Shown: positions 19,296-28,560, numbered from the stretch's first letter. The stretch is 50,556 bases of DNA from Chitinophagaceae bacterium (GCA_043780275.1 JAYWCV010000075.1:1-50556); one strand, 5' to 3'. A program made the numbers and translations. Notes: a model not told the origin generated them from the letters alone.

Positions 19296-19303
19296 CAAAA
19301 TTA
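19296..19303 (-). promoter_or_regulatory. -7 box TAATTTTG for the beta-barrel gene
   Basis: Exact TAnnTTTG match, ending 19 nt upstream of the ATG at 19276. Confidence 0.4.
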
Positions 19304-19413
19304 AGAATTGAAGTTAAACTAAATGAGAATCAGTCCTATTTGTATTCTTCATTCAATTATAAAATGGAGATAAGTAGTATTGCGTTAAAAAAATACAAAT
19401 CAGGATGTGCTGT

Positions 19414-20433
19414 TTATACAGATTGAAGTAGTTCTATCCCTAATCCATTTCCTCCTGTCAGATTGAATTTCCCATAGTCGAAACTAATTCCTGTTGCAAG
19501 ATCTTCGTTCAATAAAAGAGGTCCATCCATATCCAGGAAATCTACCAGGGGAGACAGATTGGCCATGGCTGCTGATCCAATGGTTGATTCATTCATACAG
19601 CCCAACATTACTTTCATATTTAATTCCCTTGCTCTTTTTATCATCCTTCTAGCAGGTGTGATTCCACTACATTTTGTGAGCTTAATATTTATTCCATGAA
19701 AATATTCCCGGCATTTATCTACGTCTTTTTCATGCACACAGCTTTCGTCTGCAAAAAGAGGCAAAGGAGATTTTTCGAAAAGAATCTTCATCCCTTCCCA
19801 ATTATCTTTAGCAAGTGGTTGTTCTACAAACTCTACACCCAATTCTTTTAATTGTGGAATTTTTATCAATGCTTCCTCTAAAGTCCAACCGGCATTTGCA
19901 TCAACCCGAATAACGGAATCTGTATTTTTTCTTAAAGTGCTAACCATTTCAACATCCTGTTCAATACCCACTTTGACTTTGTAAACCGGCCATGGTTTTT
20001 CCTGCATTTTTTCCAGCATTTTATCGATTGAATCAATGCCGATAGTATAATCTGTAACCGGTGAATTGGATAAATCTAAATTCCATAACTGGTATAATTT
20101 TTTCCCTTTCAGTTTGCCATACAAATCCCAGGCAGCTATATCCAATGCACAAACCAGGAAAGGATTCGTTGGTAATAAATGATGCAGATAATGCCAGTAT
20201 CGTTCCGGATCTGTGAAGGCAAATTTTTCGATAAAGAGTTTTTTTCTTTCCAATTCTTCGATCATTTTTTCGACCGTAATATCATAATATGAAATGGCCG
20301 GAGCTTCTCCATACCCTTTGACACCAAAATGTTCTAACTCAACCATAAGCGTTGGTTGATGGGTTTTTGACCCTTTGGAGATTTTAAATGTATGCTTAAA
20401 TTGGAGTTGGTGAGCTTTGTAACTGACTTTCAA
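19414..20433 (-). CDS. dipeptide epimerase (L-Ala-D/L-Glu epimerase type, enolase superfamily)
   Basis: 339-aa ORF with a TTG start and the motifs KVKVG, RVDANAGW, VEQPL and FADES. It lies 12 nt downstream of malQ on the same strand. Confidence 0.8.
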   Translation of the reverse strand: MKVSYKAHQLQFKHTFKISKGSKTHQPTLMVELEHFGVKGYGEAPAISYYDITVEKMIEELERKKLFIEKFAFTDPERYWHYLHHLLPTNPFLVCALDIAAWDLYGKLKGKKLYQLWNLDLSNSPVTDYTIGIDSIDKMLEKMQEKPWPVYKVKVGIEQDVEMVSTLRKNTDSVIRVDANAGWTLEEALIKIPQLKELGVEFVEQPLAKDNWEGMKILFEKSPLPLFADESCVHEKDVDKCREYFHGINIKLTKCSGITPARRMIKRARELNMKVMLGCMNESTIGSAAMANLSPLVDFLDMDGPLLLNEDLATGISFDYGKFNLTGGNGLGIELLQSV

Positions 20434-20445
20434 AATTGAACGGTT

Positions 20446-23142
20446 TTATCTTCCACTTTCACTAATACACGAAAGTAATTCATTATTGAATTCTTCTTCT
20501 ATTATCAGATCTTCTAAATTCAAATGCATCCGGTATTGCCAGTAATGTTTCGCATTTGCAGGATTATTGATTCGTTCTTCCTGGGGTATTTCCCTTCTTA
20601 ATTTTTCATTGGAGCCCATAATATCCTGCAATTGAAATATACAGCACATGGATGGTGATTCCAGATGTTGTTTTACGATGGCTTTATTGATCGTTGGCTC
20701 GCAATATGCAGGAGCTTCTCCATCGAATTGCAAAATGTCATTGTAAAAACGCTGGGTTAAATTTTTGTCCTCTTCCCACCAAGCCCTTATCGTACTCATG
20801 TCATGTGTTGAAGGGGTAACAACCGATAAGTAAGGAGCGTCTTTCGGATGAAAAAATTCTGTTTGTGGGTTCTTAGGCATTCGTTGAATCTCCAGACTCA
20901 ACAATCCTAGATCCTTCATTACTTCAGGAACACAATGTGGTACCATACCTAAGTCTTCGCCACATATAAGCATATTAGTTGCACGTTTCAGATAAGGCAA
21001 TTTATGCATGGCTTCTTTTTTCCAAAATGCATCCTGGCGCCTGTAGAAATAGTCGTTGTATAGATCCAGCAAATTGGTTTTAACAGCATTGTCCAACTGA
21101 TGGAAAGAAGAAGTCTTATCGATAGATATCCGGAAATGATAATGTTGTTCGTTGTTAACGGACTCTTCAAATAAAATGACATTTGAGATGATCGTAAAAA
21201 GTCCGGATTTTATTATTTCATTTTCGTTTGATGTTTCCAACAAAGCAAAATATTCTTCTACCTTTAATTGTGAAGAAAAGCAGGGCTTTAGTTTCAGTTT
21301 GCCAGATGATTCAATAGTAAGGAAAGTTGATTTTACTTTTTCATTGAAGGTTCCGAAAGTTTCTTTTAATATCGATTCTGTAATAAAGGGTTTGCAATAT
21401 CGGTCAAAGTTTATTTCGATTCCTTTATATGCAAATTCCGTTATGCTGATTGGAATTGCCGGATAAAACCTACCTAATATACCCTGAACAGCATCGACAG
21501 GAATGCTCCATATTCTGAAAAATCCCAAAATATGATCGATTCGAAAAGTATCGAAATAAGAAGACATTTGTTCGAAACGTTTACGCCACCAGCTAAAATC
21601 GTCTTCCTGCATTTTTTTCCAGTTATAAGTAGGAAAACCCCAGTTCTGACCAATTTCTGTAAAGTCATCCGGTGGTGCACCGGCTTGCTGATTCATGTTG
21701 TATAATTCCGGTTCAACCCATGCATCGCAACCAAACCGATAAATTCCAATTGGAATATCTCCTTTTAAAATAATTCCGTTTTTATGTGCATACGATGAAG
21801 CTTCTAAAAGCTGCAAATGCAAATAATATTGAATAAAATAATGAAATGCTATATCTGTATAATTTTTTGATGTTGGTGAAATTAATTTTGAAATTTTAGA
21901 TTTTTCATAAACCGAATGCGTTTTCCACGATTCGAAATGGGACGTTTTATACTTATCTCTCAAAAAACAAAAAGCTGCATATGGTTCCAGCCAATGTTTG
22001 TTCTTTTTAAAGAATGAAAGGAATTCATGACTGTTTAAGCAATCATGCCCCATTAATTGATACAGCCCGGTTAATACTTCAGTTTTTAATTGTACTACCT
22101 GTTCGTAGTCAACAACCGTTTTTTCATTTAGCTGTTTCTTTTTCTTTTTTAAATTATTCAGCAGCGTTTTATGCTTTTTCCCGGCAACCTTTTCCAAATT
22201 CATATATACCGGATTCAAAGCGAAAGCTGAAATAGCTGAGTATGGATATGAGTCGACCCAGGTATTTGTAGCCGTTGTATCATTTACCGGAAGAATCTGT
22301 ATTAAATTGAAACCTGTTTTTTTTGCCCAGTCAACCAATAATTTTATATCCTGAAACTCTCCTATTCCAAGGCTTTTTTTCGAACGTAAACTGAATACTG
22401 GAATGGAGACGCCGGTACCTTTCCATACTGAATTTGGCAAACGTGCAAATCCATCAGTTACAATAACTGTTTTATTTTTATCAAAATCCAGGTTGATTTC
22501 CCGATTCTCCCCGGATTCAAAATGGAGAAAATTTTGATCTTGAATATGATAAACCCCGTACTTGTAATGAATAATATTTTTTTCTTCAGAAAAATCAAGA
22601 TCAACTGTCCACCAAGCATTTTTTTTCGATAATAAAACCGGCTTTTTAGTATCCCAGTTACGAAGACTTTTACAATCACCTAATAAGCAGATAATTTCTC
22701 CTTGTTTTAATAAAGGTGCTTTTATTTGAAAACGATGAGTGAATTGCCTGACAGACGGATTTTTAAATATCGTGTTATACTTTTTAAGTAAAACTTTTTG
22801 AAAAGGAGTAGTATAAAAAGCATTTTCAAATGATCCGGCATCATTCCAACAATCTATAACCTGTATAAGTTTGGTGCTAAACTCTTTGAAATTAATTCGT
22901 CGATTCGTTTCTCCACCCCAAATCACTTCGTTCTCATTTGTTTTCAGAAAATAACTATAATGTATTGATTTGGTAATTGAATTGTTTAATTCAATTTTAG
23001 CAATCCACGTATCTTCACTTACATAACTTAAGGGTAAAGCTTTTGCTTCTTTGTTATTTCCGAGTTCATCACAATTGCCAGTAATAAACAGGTTTTCTCC
23101 AAACTTGGTTTTAATCCTTACTCTGAATTCAATGACCATCAT
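20446..23142 (-). CDS. malQ: 4-alpha-glucanotransferase (GH77, long DPE2-type with N-terminal starch-binding modules)
   Basis: 898-aa ORF with GH77 motifs LKGDIPIGI, ICGEDLGMVP and TPSTHDMSTIRAWW. The N-terminal ~230 aa resembles tandem CBM20-like modules. Confidence 0.9.
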   Translation of the reverse strand: MMVIEFRVRIKTKFGENLFITGNCDELGNNKEAKALPLSYVSEDTWIAKIELNNSITKSIHYSYFLKTNENEVIWGGETNRRINFKEFSTKLIQVIDCWNDAGSFENAFYTTPFQKVLLKKYNTIFKNPSVRQFTHRFQIKAPLLKQGEIICLLGDCKSLRNWDTKKPVLLSKKNAWWTVDLDFSEEKNIIHYKYGVYHIQDQNFLHFESGENREINLDFDKNKTVIVTDGFARLPNSVWKGTGVSIPVFSLRSKKSLGIGEFQDIKLLVDWAKKTGFNLIQILPVNDTTATNTWVDSYPYSAISAFALNPVYMNLEKVAGKKHKTLLNNLKKKKKQLNEKTVVDYEQVVQLKTEVLTGLYQLMGHDCLNSHEFLSFFKKNKHWLEPYAAFCFLRDKYKTSHFESWKTHSVYEKSKISKLISPTSKNYTDIAFHYFIQYYLHLQLLEASSYAHKNGIILKGDIPIGIYRFGCDAWVEPELYNMNQQAGAPPDDFTEIGQNWGFPTYNWKKMQEDDFSWWRKRFEQMSSYFDTFRIDHILGFFRIWSIPVDAVQGILGRFYPAIPISITEFAYKGIEINFDRYCKPFITESILKETFGTFNEKVKSTFLTIESSGKLKLKPCFSSQLKVEEYFALLETSNENEIIKSGLFTIISNVILFEESVNNEQHYHFRISIDKTSSFHQLDNAVKTNLLDLYNDYFYRRQDAFWKKEAMHKLPYLKRATNMLICGEDLGMVPHCVPEVMKDLGLLSLEIQRMPKNPQTEFFHPKDAPYLSVVTPSTHDMSTIRAWWEEDKNLTQRFYNDILQFDGEAPAYCEPTINKAIVKQHLESPSMCCIFQLQDIMGSNEKLRREIPQEERINNPANAKHYWQYRMHLNLEDLIIEEEFNNELLSCISESGR

Positions 23143-23261
23143 CTTAAATCAATGTTTGCGTTTATTTCCAAGAATGTGTTTATAAGACACAATACTTGAT
23201 ACGAAAATAATAAAAAGGATTAAGTAATTATGAATAATTAAATACCTTAGAATTTGAATGT

Positions 23262-23269
23262 TAAATTTG
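23262..23269 (+). promoter_or_regulatory. -7 box TAAATTTG for the 4-TM orphan gene
   Basis: Exact TAnnTTTG match, ending 28 nt before the TTG at 23298 and 37 nt before the ATG at 23307. Confidence 0.35.
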
Positions 23270-23306
23270 GCTACCCTTATCAGTAAACCATATCAAATTG
23301 AAGTTA

Positions 23307-23846
23307 ATGGAATTGGATAAAAAATCGGCGACTAATGTTTGGAGTAAAGTTTTCCTTTTCAGTTTAGGAATTAGTTTAGCCAGTGCTTTTGCTATGAAAT
23401 GGATAGAATCAGATTTTATTTTAAAGGGTAATTTGTTTACTATTCTTGGGCTAGAATTCTCATATACTAAATCTGAAATACAATTCCTGGTTTCAAACCT
23501 CGATGAACGGGTGCATACTTTATTGGTCAATCATTTAATATATGATTTTGCTTTTATGGCAGGCATCTATCCATTGATTGCCAGTTTATGCATGTTATCA
23601 AGAAAGAAAGTTTCAGGTAAAGCAATGAAAGGATTGTTATTGTTTTTTGCGCTGATACAATCTATTGCCTGGGTTGCAGACATTTTAGAAAATTGGTATT
23701 TACTAACTTGGATCAGGGAACGAAATGTGAATGAATTGTATTTTCAATTTCACTATATCGTTTGGACAAAATGGATGATAGCTATTAGTGGAATTCTGAT
23801 TACAATTGTTTCTCTATTTTTTAGGGGTAGAAAAATTAATATCTAA
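23307..23846 (+). CDS. hypothetical integral membrane protein (about 4 TM segments)
   Basis: ORF with hydrophobic segments VFLFSLGISLASAF, FAFMAGIYPLIASLCML, LLLFFALIQSIAWVADIL and MIAISGILITIVSLFF. I recognise no family. The start is the ATG at 23307 or the TTG at 23298. Confidence 0.6.
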   Translation: MELDKKSATNVWSKVFLFSLGISLASAFAMKWIESDFILKGNLFTILGLEFSYTKSEIQFLVSNLDERVHTLLVNHLIYDFAFMAGIYPLIASLCMLSRKKVSGKAMKGLLLFFALIQSIAWVADILENWYLLTWIRERNVNELYFQFHYIVWTKWMIAISGILITIVSLFFRGRKINI

Positions 23847-25008
23847 TCTGGTTAACTTTATTCAGTTTGGTTAAAATAATTGAAAGTCTTTCTTTGTAAG
23901 CCACATCAAAACCAATAATCCCCTCTCCTGGATTTCCATTTTTTAACTGGTTCAACTCATTCAACATTTTATCAATTTTGATATCATCTTTTACGGGCAG
24001 AATTTTTGCTTTCTTTTCTAAAATAGAAATATTGCCGGTAAAATAATCGCTTTGAATCTGGATGAAGTCATTGGTGAATTTTTTATACGTATCAACTAAT
24101 TCAAGCATGGTATAGATATTTATCGTCAGGGATTTTACTTCAGCAGATTCGTTTTTAGCTTTGAAGTTGAAATCAGTTAAAGCTGACTTATTATATTCAA
24201 ACATGGCATTGATCTGTTCTCCCAATGAATTTTTAAAATCGACAGACTTCTCGATATCCTGTTTTAAAATGGCGAGGGCCTCAATAAAGTCTTTGTATTG
24301 AATAGTATGTTGGTAAAGAGTATTTTCAAATCGTCGGTTCAGTTCATTCAATTCATTATAAAAATCAATATAAGGCAATAATGATTTTGTTATTTTTTGC
24401 AGTATTTCTTTATTGATTGGGTTTGATCCTTCAATAATCATATCATCACTTTTCTTTAGTCCACTTTTAGCTTTAAATATTGTAAAAGAAGATATGACAG
24501 ATAAGGCATTGGAAATAATTTGCAGAGGCGGAAAAGATACTACACTTTTCAATCCATCAACCAAAGTGCCTACCGTACTGGTAAGCCTTGCTTTTTCAGG
24601 CTTCTCAATAGTTGTCAAGTTTGCAATATTTTCTTCAACTGATTTTATGATTACATCCAATAGCTGAAAACCTAGTGCATCGCTGGATGGATTGTTTATG
24701 TCGGCAACTTTTTTGGTAAAAATATTCTGATTTCGGGCGGTAAGAATTTGCAATGATCCATTATGCAATTCCTGTATCATATCTACACCTCTGATAATTA
24801 ATTGATAATTTTTATCGTATTGCGACTTTTCAGTCTGTTCACTTTTAATTTTTAAATTAAGAACAAGGTCTTTGATTGAAGATATTTCTTTCCCAAAATC
24901 GTTGGAAAGATTTGCTACAGAATCAGCATTAACCTGGCTATATGTGTTTTTAGAATGAAGTATTAAAAACAGCCCAACACAATATATTATCTTAATAAAA
25001 TGATTCAT
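23836..25008 (-). CDS. hypothetical secreted, predominantly helical protein
   Basis: 390-aa ORF with signal peptide MNHFIKIIYCVGLFLILHSKNTYSQ. It is rich in K/E/N/D/L/I, with one uncharged stretch (SVVSFPPLQIISNALSVISSFTIF). I recognise no family. Confidence 0.65.
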   Translation of the reverse strand: MNHFIKIIYCVGLFLILHSKNTYSQVNADSVANLSNDFGKEISSIKDLVLNLKIKSEQTEKSQYDKNYQLIIRGVDMIQELHNGSLQILTARNQNIFTKKVADINNPSSDALGFQLLDVIIKSVEENIANLTTIEKPEKARLTSTVGTLVDGLKSVVSFPPLQIISNALSVISSFTIFKAKSGLKKSDDMIIEGSNPINKEILQKITKSLLPYIDFYNELNELNRRFENTLYQHTIQYKDFIEALAILKQDIEKSVDFKNSLGEQINAMFEYNKSALTDFNFKAKNESAEVKSLTINIYTMLELVDTYKKFTNDFIQIQSDYFTGNISILEKKAKILPVKDDIKIDKMLNELNQLKNGNPGEGIIGFDVAYKERLSIILTKLNKVNQIRY

Positions 25009-25235
25009 TTTTTAATTTGAATTATTTCGATAATAATAATCAATGAGAAAAAGCCGGTACCTGATCTAAAAAACAGATTTTATAGCGAAGAGGATTAACG
25101 TAATATAAACTAAAACTACAGCTTTTTTTATATAATGTATAAATTTAATGCAATGAATTAGGTCTTTATTCTTTGAATTTCTGCTTAAAAAATAAATCTA
25201 TCGATTCAATATTTTTCTTTTAAACTATCCGCATA

Positions 25236-25243
25236 TATATTTG
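25236..25243 (+). promoter_or_regulatory. -7 box TATATTTG for the 51-aa ORF
   Basis: Exact TAnnTTTG match, ending 16 nt upstream of the ATG at 25260. Confidence 0.4.
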
Positions 25244-25259
25244 CACAAATTTCAGACTC

Positions 25260-25415
25260 ATGACAGAACAAAAAAAATCAAAAGGATTAGCCTGGTTATT
25301 ATTTTTTGCATCAACTGCTGCATTTTTGTTTGCTGTTTTTTCTCATTGGGAATGGTTGACATTAATTCTTCCCTTTATGACCACTTCTTTTGTAAAAGCA
25401 ATGGACATCATGTAA
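25260..25415 (+). CDS. small (51 aa) two-TM membrane protein, below the ORF-track length cutoff
   Basis: My translation is MTEQKKSKGLAWLLFFASTAAFLFAVFSHWEWLTLILPFMTTSFVKAMDIM. It has an ATG start, a -7 box upstream and a strong terminator 28 nt downstream. It competes with the listed 66-aa ORF in another frame. Confidence 0.55.
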   Translation: MTEQKKSKGLAWLLFFASTAAFLFAVFSHWEWLTLILPFMTTSFVKAMDIM

Positions 25416-25442
25416 TAAAACGTTTACTTTCATATATTTAGG

Positions 25443-25476
25443 AATAACCTGCTAATAACCAGCAGGTTATTTTTTT
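25443..25476 (+). terminator. rho-independent terminator after the 51-aa ORF
   Basis: 11-bp perfect stem AATAACCTGCT (25443..25453) / AGCAGGTTATT (25461..25471) with a 7-nt loop and a T-run extending to 25476. Confidence 0.75.
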
Positions 25477-25529
25477 GCAATAAGAATTGACTAACTTTAA
25501 TAGAATTTATAATATTAAAATTTAGCAAA

Positions 25530-25949
25530 ATGTTTAAAATTACTTTCTTCACAACTTGTTATTTAGTTCTTGCTTTGCTAGCCGAACCAATTTATGCTGC
25601 AAAAGCTATTGAAATCGTGCCTTCAAGTTCAGCATCTGTAAATCTGACAGAATTATCATTCAATAGTTATTTAAATGATTTTAAAAGTTTGGATAAGCAG
25701 GAAAAAAAATCAAGAATTAAAGATGTTAAAACAGAAATTAAAAAGTTTAAGGAAGCAAAAAAATCAGGAGCAGATGCAGATACAAACCTTTTGCTACTTG
25801 TATTACTGGCAATTTTGTTACCACCAGTAGCTGTTTATTTATATGAAGGCACAATCAACAATCGTTTTTGGATAAGTTTGATTTTGACTCTTCTTGGATT
25901 CTTTCCTGGAGTTATTTATGCGCTTATCTTGATTTTAGGCAACTACTAA
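25530..25949 (+). CDS. YqaE/Pmp3-family proteolipid with a long N-terminal extension carrying a signal peptide
   Basis: 139-aa ORF. The C-terminal ~55 aa (LLLLVLLAILLPPVAVYLYEG...RFWISLILTLLGFFPGVIYALILIL) matches the Pmp3/UPF0057 pattern. The N-terminus has a signal peptide and then a Lys-rich linker. Confidence 0.75.
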   Translation: MFKITFFTTCYLVLALLAEPIYAAKAIEIVPSSSASVNLTELSFNSYLNDFKSLDKQEKKSRIKDVKTEIKKFKEAKKSGADADTNLLLLVLLAILLPPVAVYLYEGTINNRFWISLILTLLGFFPGVIYALILILGNY

Positions 25950-25962
25950 AAAATGCCCTATT

Positions 25963-25998
25963 AAAAAAGGCCGTTACAAAAATGTAACGGCCTTTTTT
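25963..25998. terminator. bidirectional terminator between the Pmp3-like gene and dnaK
   Basis: 10-bp perfect stem GGCCGTTACA (25969..25978) / TGTAACGGCC (25983..25992) with an AAAA loop, flanked by A6 and T6. Confidence 0.85.
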
Positions 25999-26015
25999 CT
26001 ATTGTCTAAGTCCTA

Positions 26016-27923
26016 TTATTTTACTTCTTCAAATTCTGCATCCGTTACATTGTCATCATTCGTTGCAGAAGCTTCAGATTGACCCTCTCCATTTGATCCG
26101 GGCTGTGCTGTTGCCCCTTCCTGAGTAGAATTGTACATATCCTGCGAAGCAGCTGTCCATGCAGCATTCAATGCTGTTACACAAGTATCAATTAATACAA
26201 GGTCTTGAATTTTATGTGCTTCTTTTAATTTTTCCAAAGCAGCTTCAATTGTTGCTTTTTTATCAGCTGGAATCTTTTCTGCATATTCAGTTAATTGCTT
26301 TTCTGTTTGAAAAATCAAACTATCTGCACTATTCAATTTATCTATTTTTTCCTTGGCTTCTTTATCAGACTCTTCATTTGCCTTGGCTTCATTTTTCATT
26401 TTCTCGATCTCTTCTTTGGTAAGTCCGCTACCTGCTTCAATATGAATTTTTTGTTCTTTGCCGGTTCCTTTGTCTTTTGCAGTTACGTGTAATAAACCAC
26501 TTGCATCAATATCAAATATTACTTCAATCTGCGGCACACCTCTTTGTGCCGGTGGAATTCCATCCAGATTGAAAATTCCAAGACTCTTATTATCCTTCGA
26601 CAAAGATCTTTCACCTTGTAATACATGAATCTGAACGCCCGGTTGATTATCGCTAGCGGTTGAAAATACTTCAGACTTCTTTGTAGGAATTGTCGTATTT
26701 GATGGGATCAAGGTAGTCATTACGCCACCTAAGGTTTCGATACCCAAAGAAAGCGGAGTAACATCCAGTAAAAGAACATCTTTGATTTCACCGGTTAATA
26801 CGGCACCTTGAATTGCAGCACCAATGGCAACAACTTCATCCGGATTAACGCCCTTGTTTGGTTTTTTGCCAAAATATTTTTCTACTATCTCCTGCACTTT
26901 AGGAATACGTGTAGAACCACCAACCAATATAATTTCATCAATCTCAGAAATATTCAGTCCGGCTTCTTTTACAGCAACTTCGCATGGCCTCAAACATCTT
27001 TCAAATAAGCTGTCTGCCAATTGCTCAAATTTTGCACGGCTTAGTTTTTTTACCAGGTGTTTTGGTACACCATCAATGGCAGTTATATACGGAAGATTGA
27101 TTTCTGTTTCGGTAGATGAAGACAATTCTACTTTTGCTTTTTCAGAGGCTTCTTTTAAGCGTTGCAGGGCCATTGGGTCTTTACGTAAGTCAACCGCTTC
27201 CTCTGCTTTAAATTCGGCCGCTAACCAATCCATGATCACTTTGTCAAAATCATCTCCACCTAAGTGTGTGTCACCACTGGTTGATTTTACTTCAAATACA
27301 CCATCACCCAATTCAAGGATAGAAATATCAAAAGTTCCACCACCCAAATCAAATACAGCAATCTTACTATCAACGGTTTTTTTATCTAATCCATAAGCTA
27401 AGGCAGCTGCCGTTGGTTCGTTTACAATTCTACGAACATTTAAACCGGCAATTTCTCCTGCTTCTTTAGTGGCCTGTCGTTGTGCATCGTTGAAATAGGC
27501 AGGAACAGTAATGACCGCTTCAGTCACTTCATGTCCTAAGTAATCTTCAGCAGTTTTCTTCATTTTCTGAAGTACCATCGCACTAATTTCCTGTGGTGTA
27601 TACAAACGGCCATCTATGTCAATACGGCAAGTATTATTGTCTCCTTTCGAAACAGCATAACTCCAATGACTAATCTCTTCAGTAACTTCGTCAAAACGTC
27701 GTCCCATAAATCGTTTTACACTACTGATCGTGTTTTGAGGATTAGTAATGGCCTGTCTTTTTGCAGGATCGCCAACTTTTCTTTCTCCATTTTTAAGAAA
27801 AGCCACCACTGAAGGTGTGGTACGACGTCCTTCATCATTTGCAATAACAACCGGTTCAGTACCTTCCATTACGGAAACGCAACTGTTGGTCGTTCCTAAA
27901 TCAATCCCTATTATTTTTCCCAT
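26016..27923 (-). CDS. dnaK: molecular chaperone DnaK (Hsp70)
   Basis: The ORF shows [17 protein letters not shown] and other canonical Hsp70 blocks. I prefer the ATG at 27923 ([10 protein letters not shown]) over the TTG at 27929. Confidence 0.98.
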   Translation of the reverse strand: MGKIIGIDLGTTNSCVSVMEGTEPVVIANDEGRRTTPSVVAFLKNGERKVGDPAKRQAITNPQNTISSVKRFMGRRFDEVTEEISHWSYAVSKGDNNTCRIDIDGRLYTPQEISAMVLQKMKKTAEDYLGHEVTEAVITVPAYFNDAQRQATKEAGEIAGLNVRRIVNEPTAAALAYGLDKKTVDSKIAVFDLGGGTFDISILELGDGVFEVKSTSGDTHLGGDDFDKVIMDWLAAEFKAEEAVDLRKDPMALQRLKEASEKAKVELSSSTETEINLPYITAIDGVPKHLVKKLSRAKFEQLADSLFERCLRPCEVAVKEAGLNISEIDEIILVGGSTRIPKVQEIVEKYFGKKPNKGVNPDEVVAIGAAIQGAVLTGEIKDVLLLDVTPLSLGIETLGGVMTTLIPSNTTIPTKKSEVFSTASDNQPGVQIHVLQGERSLSKDNKSLGIFNLDGIPPAQRGVPQIEVIFDIDASGLLHVTAKDKGTGKEQKIHIEAGSGLTKEEIEKMKNEAKANEESDKEAKEKIDKLNSADSLIFQTEKQLTEYAEKIPADKKATIEAALEKLKEAHKIQDLVLIDTCVTALNAAWTAASQDMYNSTQEGATAQPGSNGEGQSEASATNDDNVTDAEFEEVK

Positions 27924-27967
27924 GTTCAACTATTTTTTTTAAGTTCACTTAGGATAATCAATGATAA

Positions 27968-28028
27968 TGCCATGTGCCAAAACGTGAAAAAATGGCAGAA
28001 AACTGGGTAATGAGTTTAACTATTGGCA
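27968..28028 (-). promoter_or_regulatory. cluster of TGCCA/TGGCA half-sites upstream of dnaK (possible operator)
   Basis: On the plus strand, TGCCA occurs at 27968..27972 and 27975..27979, and TGGCA at 27993..27997 and 28024..28028. These include the inverted repeat TGCCA-N13-TGGCA. No CIRCE element is present. Confidence 0.25.
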
Positions 28029-28045
28029 GATGTTTTTAAATCCAA

Positions 28046-28552
28046 TTATAAACTTTCCGCATTTTTAGTTTTGAATGTAAAATGTTTTTGAGAAATATAA
28101 CTGAAACCTACCACAATTACTGTTGTAATCAGCTTAGCAGGAGTTGGGAAAATATGCAGATACTCGACAAATAGTTTGAGAAAAAAATAATTTAAGCCCA
28201 GGCAGGTTAATACCAATAATAAATACCGGATTAATTGTACCCTGCCCCGCAGTGATGATTCATTGAATACAACAAACTTCATCAGATAGAACCCTAATGG
28301 AAAAGTTATACAAAAGGCAAATAGAAAAGCAGCTATATGCGGACTGATTGTAATAAATGACAAATTCAGCATTTCTTTCTTGAAAATAAAATTATAGCTG
28401 ATGAAAAAAAGTAAAATATCCAAAGCCGTATTTGCACCACCACAAGCTGCATACCGGAAAGTTTGCAGATTCATGATTTTACTGAAAGGAGGATAAAAGA
28501 AATCCACCACTGTGATCACCAAATTTTTTATGATGGAATGCATCTTTTGCAT
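28046..28552 (-). CDS. GtrA-family membrane protein
   Basis: 168-aa ORF with 4 TM segments, the N-terminal motif FRYAACGGANTALDILLF, and a C-terminal basic tail. An alternative ATG lies at 28543. Confidence 0.75.
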   Translation of the reverse strand: MQKMHSIIKNLVITVVDFFYPPFSKIMNLQTFRYAACGGANTALDILLFFISYNFIFKKEMLNLSFITISPHIAAFLFAFCITFPLGFYLMKFVVFNESSLRGRVQLIRYLLLVLTCLGLNYFFLKLFVEYLHIFPTPAKLITTVIVVGFSYISQKHFTFKTKNAESL

Positions 28553-28560
28553 AAGGCTGG

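Noticed and set aside
7181-21466. Other antisense ORFs above 90 aa (7181..7567, 12737..13162, 14886..15227, 17175..17459, 17890..18171 and 21152..21466)
   Set aside because: Each is nested opposite a confidently assigned conserved gene, and their translations are low-complexity or Phe/Ser/Cys-rich, typical of non-coding frames in AT-rich DNA.
25241-25441. The listed 66-aa ORF (MHKFQTHDRTKKIKRISLVIIFCINCCIFVCCFF...)
   Set aside because: It has a TTG start that overlaps the -7 box, its composition is Cys/Phe-rich and implausible, and it reads through the terminator stem region. The 51-aa ATG-initiated ORF in another frame (25260..25415) fits the promoter and terminator far better.
26824-27396. 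A 190-aa plus-strand ORF (and smaller ones at 26159..26492, 26808..27008 and 27748..27942) antisense to dnaK
   Set aside because: It lies entirely inside the strongly conserved dnaK coding sequence. The translation is low-complexity and Ser/Pro/Thr-rich. Long antisense ORFs in hsp70 genes are a well-known codon-composition artefact.
27961-27979. A sigma-54 type promoter (TGGCAC on the dnaK sense strand)
   Set aside because: The required TTGC element is absent at the -12 position; the sequence following TGGCAC is ATGGCATTAT. The half-site cluster is reported instead as a possible operator.
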